A DNA stretch of 64,000 nucleotides from Phoronis australis (taxonomy: Eukaryota; Animalia; Phoronida), in contig NMRA01000692.1 in assembly GCA_002633005.1 (NCBI GenBank), forward strand, positions 73,933 to 137,932, in the 5' to 3' direction. The translations under genes and the position numbers were made by a program. Shown here one piece after another: positions 54,001 through 64,000 of the stretch (its first letter is position 1; each line of letters opens with the position of its first letter). The notes beneath the pieces were generated by a model. The model was not told the DNA's origin. It did not search any database and worked only from the letters and a program-made list of their open reading frames with translations.

Positions 54001-57000
54001 ATGCTAGATATTCACATGTAACAATTACAGTTAGAATAGCACACATGTACATAAACAATTTTAAATCCAACCTGTAGAGTTAGAGACTTTGCTCGAGGGT
54101 CTAGTCGGGTGGTCTAGTTTTATTTGAATACCCAAATTTTCCATCGAGAGGGTCATGCTCAACCACGTGATAACAGCATCTCCAGTCCATCGCTGACCAC
54201 TTTGACTTCTATACGCATCAGTGTGTGACTGTTAGTACAACTTCTACCATTTTGTATTCATGGAACATGTATGTTGTATCATTACAGTGCCTCAAGTCAG
54301 TGTTGTACGCCGGGATCAGTGACAAAATCTGCCAAGCGGCGGTCATTCCTGCCGACACCAGTCAAGCGTCTTGTGGGATCAACGGGCACCAGGAGGTCTG
54401 CACATAATTCATCTTTTTAATAAAAAATCAAATGCATTCGAGACATATGCCAATAAATCTACGCTTTTGCTAAATTGTAATTAGGTCAGTTTGTTTACTG
54501 AAAAATTGTTGTAATTAGGTCAGTTTTTATACTGAAAAATTGTTTTACGAAGAGCATTTCACGAAACAGGTACCAAGAACAGGATGGGTTGAAGTTTAGT
54601 GTACTGTGTGTGACAGCTTACCTATCAATTACCTTTTTATTGTGATTAAGGTTATGTAACACCTTAATGACAAGTGTGTGCATTCAGTGAAATACCTGCG
54701 AAACCATAAAATTTAGCTCAATAAAAGTTTTTGTTTTCTGAAAGTAGAAAGTCGGTAAACATTCATTTTTGCCTTTATAACAATCTTGCGCTGATTGGGC
54801 TACTGTTCTTTTCAGTAAAATTTTCCAAAAAAAAACATTCACCAAAGTCACATTCATATCAAACTAATAGATTAAAAATGTGACCAAATTTCATTTGATA
54901 TAATTGTTCAGGATGGAATCTCAAAGAAGTTCTCTTAATTATCATGTTCTTTTCGTTTGACGCAACTTTTGAGTTTTATTATAAAAGTAGTTATTTTTGA
55001 TAGCCGCTCTTACAATAGTGGATTATTTCAAAAATAATTCTTTTGAACAACATTTTGAAAAACACTACATAAAACATAGCACGTGAGCGTTTCTCATTGG
55101 TCGGGTCAGCCATTTCTAGGATAGGATGTTTCGAAGTGAGCCAGATTTGAATATTTTTCTACAGTCCTACATAATGTTAACTTTCTTACCAGTACAGAAT
55201 ATATCAGATTATATGAGCATGTTTATTTTAGTTAGGTCCCATGGTGTGTTAGTCTTACTAATACTTACGTGCATCGCAGAGTATAGATTAGGGATATGTG
55301 CTTCATTCGATCCAAGAAGTGACTTGGACAGACAAATTATCTGTCAAGAAACTGGAAAAGGAGGCCAGCAACTAAACTCGTGTCCTCATGTTACCATGGC
55401 AGTCTAGCTGATCAGCTTACCTCATGACATTTCTTCTCTCGTTTTTATGTTCAGTACATCACATGAATATTACTGCATAGCTAAGTTGAGTTGTCTCGTA
55501 TTCACTGATTAGTTTCTCACGATGGTTGTACATGTGACGTCTCATGCTATCCGTCAAAAAACCTCATGTGACATCGGTGTGTCCTTCGAGGAACTGGTTG
55601 TTTTTCAATACACTGTATCAAGTTGATGCGTTGCAGATTTGTGATTCTGACAAAAGACAGAAGTAAACCTACACGACTTTTTGTCTGTTTCCGACAACAC
55701 TGCCATTTAGAAGTCAGCATTTGGGAACGTCTGTTGGAATTGGACAGAACATCACACAATTTTTTTCCAAACATTGTCATCTTTTCACTCATTTTGTTCT
55801 TGAAAAATAGTTTCATGTTTTCTAAAAGTATGGTTTCATTGTCTTCTAATTCTCCATTTGCTGCATTTTATTTTATTCCTTAATTTCTGTCTCTTATTTA
55901 TTGTCCTTTCTCTGTATTTCAAGGCCATCCACATTGGGCAGCGATTCCTCCACGGGGTCCCAAACCTTATGGAATGCAGACTCCCCAGTATTTGCTGATG
56001 AAAACACATATCCAGGAAAATCAAAGGCAAGGAAGGTATGTGTTGTGCTGTTACATTGATGATACCAATGCCATGACTTCAGCGTTTTAACAGTATCTCT
56101 AGCTAATGGTTATAAGCTTGCTATTTAACAGTATCTTAGCTAATGGTTATAAGCTTGCTATTTAACAGTATCTTAGCTAATGGTTATAAGCTTGCTATTT
56201 AACAGTATCTCTAGCTAATGGTTATAAACTTGCTATTTAACAGTATCTCTAGCCAATGGTTATAAACTTGCTATTTAACAGTATCTCTAGCCAATGGTTA
56301 TAAACTTGCTATTTAACAGTATCTCTAGCCAATGGTTATAAACTTGCTATTTAACAGTATCTCAAGCTACTGGTTATAAACTTGCTGTTTACATCATTTC
56401 AACTGTTGGTAACATCAAGTGTGACGAGTAGACTCCAATGTTTAATGTACATTTGAGCTCAATGAGAGATTTTGTAACTATGCCCTCCCTTTCAAAGCAG
56501 ACAAGCAAATTCAGATCTCGCCTGGGTAAGCAGTGTTACTCATATGTTGGGTTGTTAAAGTAATGGTTCACGTTTGTTTGCGTTGCATAGCATTGTGGAT
56601 AAATTTCTGTGCACAGTTCTCTTGCCTTTTTTGTGCACCCACCTATTTATATGTGGGCGCATTATACCATCATTCCTGCCTGTCCAGTGTCTGCTGCTCT
56701 ATTTCCAACACGCTTCTATGTAACTATGTTCATGAAATTTTGCAGATGTATTCCTTTTATGAATGGGATGGCTGTCATGTTTTTTCCGGTGTGTGGGTGG
56801 GCGCAGGTTGTTACAGACCGGCGCTAATAGCTTTCGGTGTGACGATAAACTGAAGACTGGTTGGAGTTAATCCTTTATTAATCTCGACCGTACGTTCACA
56901 AGCCTACGTCCGACGTAATGTCTGTTCTGTACTCCAGCTAGTTCTGCAAAGCCTTGACTTGTGATGAACTTCTGAGATACTTCCAGCAACTGTTACAATC

Positions 57001-58977
57001 GTCGATTCAATAACCTGCTGTCTCTATATCTGGCTCTCTATTGACTATCTCTGTAACTGCTGATTCTCTTTACTGCAACTCTTTAACTGCTTAAGTGCTT
57101 TACTGCTTTACTCCGACTGCTGAGGTGCTTAACTTTTTGACTAATACAAACTCGTGCTTGGGTATTTATAGTCTAATGTATTGTTCCAGAATTTTTTATC
57201 AATTCAAGCACATTCTAGAACTTTCCTGAATCTACCCAACCATTCTACAAACATGTATTAGTCTCTAGAATATTCCAGGCTGCATTAATCACAGTCATGC
57301 TAGAGCCTTCTAGAAAGTTCCACACTATACTATAGTAAACAAATTACATCATCACTACTGAACTCAGTCTACTAGAAAGTTCCACACTATTCTGTAGTAA
57401 ACTAATTAATCATCATTGTACTTATTTCAGGGGTCATGTCATTCAAACAAAACAACAAAACAAAACAATGAATCAAATAAAAAGTGTCAGTCGATATTCT
57501 GATAATGGCATGAGCAAATGTGCGGACGAATCAGACTGGTGTGCCCTCTTGTGGCAATTTTAGTTTTTTATGTTAACTTTACTTCTGTATCTTCATAGGT
57601 CCTGAATGAATTTTCATAAAATTTAGCATAATGCGTATTTATTAGTGAGATGACGCCACCTTCCCATTCTTGGATGGATCTGGGGTATTTTGTGCCACCT
57701 AGTGGCCATTTTTATTGATTTAGAGTTTTTTGGTGTCTGCCCCACTATCAACCAAACCATTCTAAGGATGATTGTGAAAATTGGATTATATCTTCCTCCT
57801 GTAAAGAGGATGGCTGACGATGATTTTCAGAGTATTTTGATGACTATAGTGCATAATTCCTGGTAACAGTTTTTCATGTGCGTCCATGGCAGCATCTCCT
57901 TAACTCTTTGCAGGATCTTAATTAAATTTGGCAAGTGTATTGATATGAAGTTGATAACAGACAACAACTTTCAGACGGATCTAATGAACGCTGTGCCACC
58001 TAGTGGCAATTTCATTTTTTCTGTTTTTCTTTGAAGTTCTTTGATGGGTTTTTATAAGTTTTGGTAAATAAGTTGCCATTAAAATAACAATGACATGTTC
58101 TGGTTTTCTGATGGGTTCGATGTACTTTGCAGCATCTAGTGGCCATTTTTAGTGTTTTTCTAGTCTGTTTTGGTGTCCGCCCTCTATCACACAAACCACT
58201 ATAAGGATGATGATGAAAAGTAGCGTGCATGTTTCCAGTGTGAAGAGGACGGCCGTTGAGGGTTTTTTCGGACTACTCCGACTGCTATGGCACTTTCTGA
58301 AAGCTGGTTTTGCGTCTATGGCTGTATCTCCTAAACCCTTTGCAGAATGTTTATTAAATTTGGCATGTGGATTGAATGTATGAAGTTGACAATGGACAGC
58401 ACTGTCATTTGGACTGATCCAACTACCGCTGTGCCCACCTAGTGGCTATGTTATTTTTTCTGTCTGTGCCCACCTAGTTGCAATGTTATTTTTTCTGTCT
58501 TCTGTATTTTTGAAGTACCTTGAAGTTAATTGATTTTTATGAACTTTAATGAAGAAGTTTCTATTAAAGAGATGACAGGTTCCCGCCCTTAGTAGTAAGC
58601 AGAACCAGTGCATTACCCTCAGGACACAAGTTATGAGTGTAGTACCATAAGGACATAAGTCACTTGTATACGTTGCTCTTGCCTATGAATGTCTGAGGTG
58701 TAATATTAATCTCATTTCTGAGCAGTAATATATTTTTTAATTTATATCAATGCTACTGAAATGAAAAGAAACATGTCTGGCACTGTGTTCTGCTTCATAC
58801 TTTCAGCCAATAAATTCAGGAGTTGAATCACCAATGGTGAAAGCCCGTCGCCCCCTTGTTCAGCATACACCCCAAGCACAGGTGCGCAAGCCATCGCTAT
58901 GGTCACCAGTCGTAAAACAAAGACCTGTGGCAGGCGAGGAATTTTATGCATGCACAAAGAGACCGTCTTCAAAATGA
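45008..58977 (+). CDS. GTSE1: GTSE1/PSRC1-family microtubule-associated protein, 11 coding exons, about 562 aa
   Basis: Exons 45008-45080, 45535-45592, 46143-46719, 48073-48234, 49429-49519, 49863-50018, 51517-51655, 53151-53192 (symmetric, less certain), 54288-54395, 55924-56035, 58807-58977; 1689 nt in frame. GTSE1 N-terminal motifs EEEFDFD, EEEVFFGPVGHKEKCVA, SPLNEKQWAEIVKEAQ and RRETF; S/P/K-rich tail with SSIP and SFLPTP (SxIP-like). Confidence 0.8.
46890..47740 (+). mobile_element. HINE/DINE-1-like element in a GTSE1-like intron
   Basis: Half hairpin tatgtgggtgcattatg, GTCT/GTCC-like run, internal cccctagtggc repeats, ends gttgctcttgt. Confidence 0.7.
50509..50722. repeat. Minisatellite, about 53-bp unit, 4 copies
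   Basis: gattgttcaaaataaatagtggcagtttgatgcagctcaaatgaacatgggtt repeated. Confidence 0.9.
56086..56390. repeat. Minisatellite, 36-38-bp unit, about 8 copies
   Basis: tttaacagtatctctagc(c/t)aatggttataaacttgcta repeated. Confidence 0.95.
56773..57504 (-). mobile_element. Solo LTR (732 bp) with 5-bp target-site duplication
   Basis: ATGGC (56768-56772)|TGTCA...TGATA|ATGGC (57505-57509). The empty site is seen in the sister HINE at about 47030-47047. On the minus strand TATAAATA (57170-57163) precedes AATAAA (56879-56874), the usual U3-R order. Confidence 0.8.
57212..57383 (-). promoter_or_regulatory. Cluster of heat-shock elements in the LTR U3 region
   Basis: aTTCt-aGAAc-tTTCc-tGAAt (57212-57231, four alternating pentamers), cTTCt-aGAAa-gTTCc (57307-57321, three), and two-unit sites at 57267-57276 and 57374-57383. 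Confidence 0.7.
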
Positions 58978-59995
58978 TGAGTTTTTGTGCAAAAGTGTGG
59001 AGTTATACGCAACTACGGAAACAATCTTGCGAATCGTGTTTGTATTTAGTTTAGATAATTTTGTGCACATTCCTGTTATGCATTAGTATGTGATGTGAAT
59101 GCATATTTGTATATAGGAATTGAATGTGATCAAAGTGTTTGTTGTTTCAGATGACACTTGGTAGTGCCATAGTGGTGGGAGCATTGTCTCTATAGATTCA
59201 AATTATTGAATAGCATACTGAATATCATGTATATATAATGACGAGTTAATGTCAAAGTTTTGTCTTAACTGTACATCGAAGAATGTAATCAATGTCCCTG
59301 TATCTTAAGTGAGTCACATACACTTACATGGGGCTAAGTGTTCGGAGGTATCATAGTTGATTAGATAACGTAAAGTTATATGGAATCAAGTTCTGACACT
59401 TGGTATTATGAAAAACTGAACATTAAAACTGTAGTTCAAGCTTGTGAACATTTATTAAGAAATCAACAAACAAGAATTTTGTTATCAAAACCATGTAAAG
59501 TAACATCAGTTAACTATCGTTTTATATCCATTCTGTTCTACTTCGCAATGGCCGACTGGGTGTTTTTCGGCACAGAGTTGTGCTTGGGGAAGACTGAACC
59601 GATGACCTTTGACTTTTGGTTCCCTGAAAAAATAAATGCTCCCTAAAGCACAATGTTTTGTGAAACGCATTCTGATAATAATCACATTGAGACTATGTAT
59701 AGTATATGTAAAATAGTGTGAATCAAGACTATTTTGGTTAATAGGACTCTATATGGTTTTGCATTGCAATCGGTTTTCAAGTAAAGTATAATTCTACATA
59801 ATGGTGCTGTGGCAAAGAATAGCAAAAGAGAAAATGTTTAATTTAATGTGGTGTTGGATGAAAAATTCAAAATAAAATATATTGCATAAGACTAGTTTGG
59901 CTATTATTCCTGGAATATTCATGGATTAATGAAAGATGATATTAATCTCAAATGACATCAATCATGGCTACTTTGTAACCATTATAAATTTTTGA

Positions 59996-60046
59996 GGTCA
60001 TTGTTCAAATCAAACTCAACACTTGAGTTTGATTTGAACAATGACC
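59996..60046. repeat. Perfect inverted repeat: 24-bp stem, 3-nt loop
   Basis: ggtcattgttcaaatcaaactcaa-cac-ttgagtttgatttgaacaatgacc. Confidence 0.95.
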
Positions 60047-60075
60047 CAGGTTTCCCACGGTCTGTTTTAATGCGG

Positions 60076-63000
60076 TCATATGACCATGTTTATTGCACTT
60101 CTCACCTGAGAGTCGTCGCAGAAGAAGCCTAGTTCGTCATCTGACGAGTCTTGAGAGACTGTGAAACTGTGATGTGCCTTCAGTATGAGTTTGTTGCGAG
60201 TCTGGCTAATGTTAGAACAGGAGTTGGTCCTTCGCATCAGGTTGGCTCTAAAAGTGTTTCAAGAGACGTGGCTAAGTACAGGGTGAGGCTAACCCCAAAT
60301 TGTTGCTAATAATTTCTTGAGCTACAATTCCATTGTGCTGTAAAAAGATAGTTCATCACCGCCTATTGAGTTTTTTTTTTGGCAGTGTGTCATTTTTCTC
60401 TCTCCAGTGTATTCCATGGAGCAGCATGTATTTCTTGTTTGAAATTACTGGCAGACGGGGTCTTTTAAGAAATGTCAATCCAGTCGCCTTTAGACGTGAT
60501 ACCGTGGACCATTTAAATCTTGACATGCTGAAGGAATGTTTAGTCAAATTCTCTCGTTTCATTGGACTAAATGCAACATGCTTCTGAGAAAAGCAATGGC
60601 ATGCCGCCCGTAATTGGCACGCTGCCAATGATGCTAGCATTCAATAACGTGAAACTTGAGCAAGAACATAAAACTGATGTTCTCTTTTGGAAATGAAATT
60701 AAAAGCAAAAGTTTGGAGCATGGTTTGGGAGAATCACTCTGTTGTACAGAAGACAACGACGAACACAAGGCATATTTTAAAGCAAATATAAAAAATGCTC
60801 GGGCGAAACTTGCATTGCAGGAATCAAATCTGGCCCAAAATCAAATGGTGACGCCGCAATCTCATAATATGCCTCTGTGTCAAGTTTCAATGTAATCTGC
60901 CCATCGGTTCTCTAGATATCATCCGGAAACATTCTCCCCCAAAACAACACTTGAAAAGCCCCTTGACGAGAACAAAATTGCCACTAGGAGGTGCTAAAGC
61001 GGTCAAACCCACCCCAAAATTCTATCATGCTGGTGCATTGAATCAATTCTATAGATATCCGGAAACTCTTCCCCAAAATATACAGAAAAATTAAGCCAAG
61101 CCCCTCTGACCCCAGGAGGTGGGGCAGATTGGAAAGAGACATGAACCGTTCTAATCGGGCTCTACAGATCTGTGTGCCAAATTTCATCAAAATCCGATCA
61201 GGCTTTTTTGAGATATCAAGCGGACACCTGGACAAAATGATGACAAATATATTGTAATTATGTAAGTAGGTGCGCGTAATTTTAAATAACTGCGACAGTA
61301 GCGAGGCCTATTTTTGGTCGTTGACTTCTGACCCCAGTTTTGGCAACCTTGGTTTTCATTTGGAACCTGGGATTTTTGCTAACTTGCATTTGTCTAGTTG
61401 ATGTTCAACTTAGCATCAACCACTGGAATGGCTTACTGGCACCACACTCCCTTTCCCGTTAAATCCCTTCATTTTTGGGCATCAGCAAGACTATTCTGAC
61501 AATACGCCTTACACCAAGCCATCAGGTCATTTTGTCTGAATACTTTAAGTTAATTGCACTCACTGTATACTCATGTTGTGTTCATACCTCACACTTCTTG
61601 GAACAGCAGCTGAACCATTCTCTACATTCTGGTCTGATGACGACTGTGTGACGTTAACATTACTGCAGCTTGACCACTTGCCCTTCTTAACAACTGCCAC
61701 TTCTTGTGACATTTCAGATTCATCTTGGAATTCAAATACTGACATTTTATCTGGTATCTGTTCAATTGCATCACCAGACTTATTGTCGCTGCATTTTGCA
61801 CTAGAAACAGTGCGACTACTCTGCTTTGTTGTTCCTTTAGTCTCAGTAGCCTTTTCCTGCCAGTTCTGTGTAGGCATAAGCTGTTCCTGACTGCTTCTCG
61901 TTTTGCACCCAGCTGCAGCCTTTCGAGGATACTTGGTTCTCTTTGGGCAGGTGAGTACGTTCTTCTTCCTTCGCTTGCCTTTGATCTGATTGGGTCGTAC
62001 AGTCTTGCCTGTAGTGGAGGGTTCGCCGTTTGATGACGCATGTGTACTGTCTTTGTTAGAGGGGTCTGTCACCAATGGTTGGGTCTGTGGAGGGGGTGCT
62101 GAGGGGGTGATGGGAAGTCTTACAGGACTGAAGGTGAACCTGTTGGTGGAGTGCTGGACTTGGGGCTTGACAGCTGCAATGGGGGATGTATAGGACTTGC
62201 TGAAAGAGAAAAGGTCATAAATTATCTTAAATTGCTTTGACCTTCGTCAATAAATTTTATCTGGCGGACAATTCTCCAGCTGACCTTAATCATCCATCAT
62301 ATGATTTCCCCCAAAACCAAAACATTATGTTTCGCAGGTGTTCAAACTTTGAATGGCATCTGAAGCCACAACTAATCTACAATGTCAATTAACACCAGTG
62401 CACAAAAGGTCCATCCCAATTAATTGAAGACAATTACCTGAACAGAATCTTTGATGACCACTGCTGTGTCCCAGGTGAGATTAAGATCCTTGAGGTATTG
62501 AAAACACCTGAATTAGATGAACTGGATAGTGCACTGGGTCTGGTCACAATGGGCAACGGTTTGACTGGATTTCTGGAAAAACAAAAGAAACAAAAAACTG
62601 CAAGACTGCAATTAAATTTGGAGGATGGGGGGAGGGAGGGTTGACTGAAAAGGTGGCAATCTGAGTAAAGATATTAATAAGTATTTTCAAGGGCTGTTTT
62701 TCACTGTGTGGTTGACTCGATCCCATGTAGCACAGTTGTTTAATTGGTCTTGAAAATCTGGATTTGAAATATGTTTGAAACTACTTATCAAATACATGAA
62801 AGGGAACTAGTCTGTGAGTAATGGTTATACCACTGCCAGCCATGTGAGTTTCATTCTATAGACAAAAATCTGCATGCAACCAATTTGCTATCGAAACACT
62901 AAGTCATTTTCTAAGTTTTCATATTTTTAAAAGCAGCGTCAACCAATAAAAATTTCAATATTCGCCAATTTGACATGCCAAGAATTGTATAATGACATTT

Positions 63001-64000
63001 GCCTCACCTCAGCATGCAACTGTATCTGTCTGGCCCAATTATGTTTCACACCCAGAATTAAGAGCATAATATTGCAATTTGTACAACCATTTTAGGTTGT
63101 ATAAGTCACATTTCTTGTCCGATTTTCAAAATTCAAAAACCTGGCACCTGTGCTTTTCACGAACTATATTCAAGTATGCTATTCTTTCAAAACGAAAACT
63201 TAAAAATAATATTGTCGCCCCCAGTGAGTTTGCGATGGGTCTGATTATCTAAAGAACGAGAACATCAGCACTCTGCGGCCATGTAATTAACCACAACAGA
63301 TCAATGCCTGCAAATTTCGAGGTACGCAAACCAGTCGATTTGCAGCTCAATCTCTACTGTGGTAAGAGTGCCAATTAACGTAGGATTTTTACTACTTTCT
63401 GATGACTGAGCTATATCAATAATTACCCACTACACTAGCTGCATATTGACAGACAACCACCTTAAAACATTTGAGCTAGAACGTTTTATGTTAAAACATT
63501 TTAAACTTGTAATGATGTGAAAGCAAACTGTTTCACGTGAAATGTTTTAATTACACATAATTACATACAAGCATAATAATGTTTATTCTTTTAAAATACA
63601 AAAAACATTCAAGTACCAAATGATATGACTGGATAACATCTTGTATGACAAGTGGACGTGCCATTTAAAACAACTAATGGTTTAAGTTATTGGATTTAAG
63701 ACAAAGAACGCCGTGGTTAAACTCTGTATTACTTACATTACAATTGTGGTCCGTAATGCTGGACTTAGATACGCACATACAACACCATTTAACATTTAAA
63801 ACTTAACCTGTTAGTGGTATGTGAAGAGATTGCATTTTAATTAAGTAAACATTCCAGACTGGACCAAAATGTTTTAGCAATACAGGTTATTACTACATAC
63901 TGCCATCTGTTGACTCCTGCAGACACTGACATCTGTTGCTTCAGTCTAGTTATCTCACTCTCCTGCTTTCTATGCAGTTCCTTCAATTGGTTCTCATATT
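60076..64000 (-). CDS. 3' part of a coiled-coil plus disordered protein gene; candidate IHO1/CCDC36-like
   Basis: Phase-compatible exons >64000-63901 (YENQLKELHRKQESEITRLKQQM), 62572-62438, 62199-61588 and 60247-60106 (…SQDSSDDELGFFCDDSQ), which either splices at GTGAG or reads on to TGA at 60076-60078. The exons are well supported; the identity rests on one short motif. Confidence 0.6.
60860..61235. mobile_element. Degenerate HINE-like repeat fragment
   Basis: tgtgtcaagtttca / tgtgccaaatttcat...gagatatc blocks and ttgccactaggaggtgc, similar to internal blocks of the other HINE-like copies. Confidence 0.4.

Larger units (their letters stand above)
56630..58682 (+). mobile_element. HINE/DINE-1-like element interrupted by a solo LTR
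   Basis: Hairpin tgcacccacctatttatatgtgggcgca at the start, gttgctcttg at the end, internal ccacctagtggc repeats. The family sequence gaatgggatggcatgag is split by the 56773-57504 insertion. Confidence 0.7.

Noticed and set aside
60356-60640. 94-aa minus-strand ORF as an exon of the IHO1-like gene
   Set aside because: Its acceptor at 60583 is phase 0 while the upstream exon ends in phase 2; no bridging exon found. Cannot be fully excluded.

Overview
Eukaryotic (bilaterian invertebrate-like), intron-rich genomic DNA with assembly gaps at 29-507 and 21787-22174 and single Ns at 25701 and 31323. Host genes were reconstructed by hand from GT-AG sites and phase continuity: the 3' four exons of an arginase (+); a complete 12-exon IFRD gene (-, 429 aa); a GTSE1/PSRC1-family gene (+, about 562 aa); the 3' part of a coiled-coil/low-complexity gene ending near a DSSDDELGFF motif (-, candidate IHO1); and two orphan SLC12/NKCC exons inside IFRD intron 1 between the two single Ns (probably misassembly). 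Introns hold many mobile elements: two Kolobok-type DNA transposon derivatives (THAP remnants, one fold-back, one THAP/KolX deletion derivative), a TTAA-flanked Sola3-like element, two LINE 3' fragments, DINE-1/Helentron-like elements with arrays of CTCF-like motifs, and a solo LTR with clustered heat-shock elements upstream of a TATA box. There are also minisatellites, a 1.3-kb higher-order tandem repeat, and four separate tandem duplications of exon/5'-splice-site junctions. Family names come from remembered motifs, not database searches.
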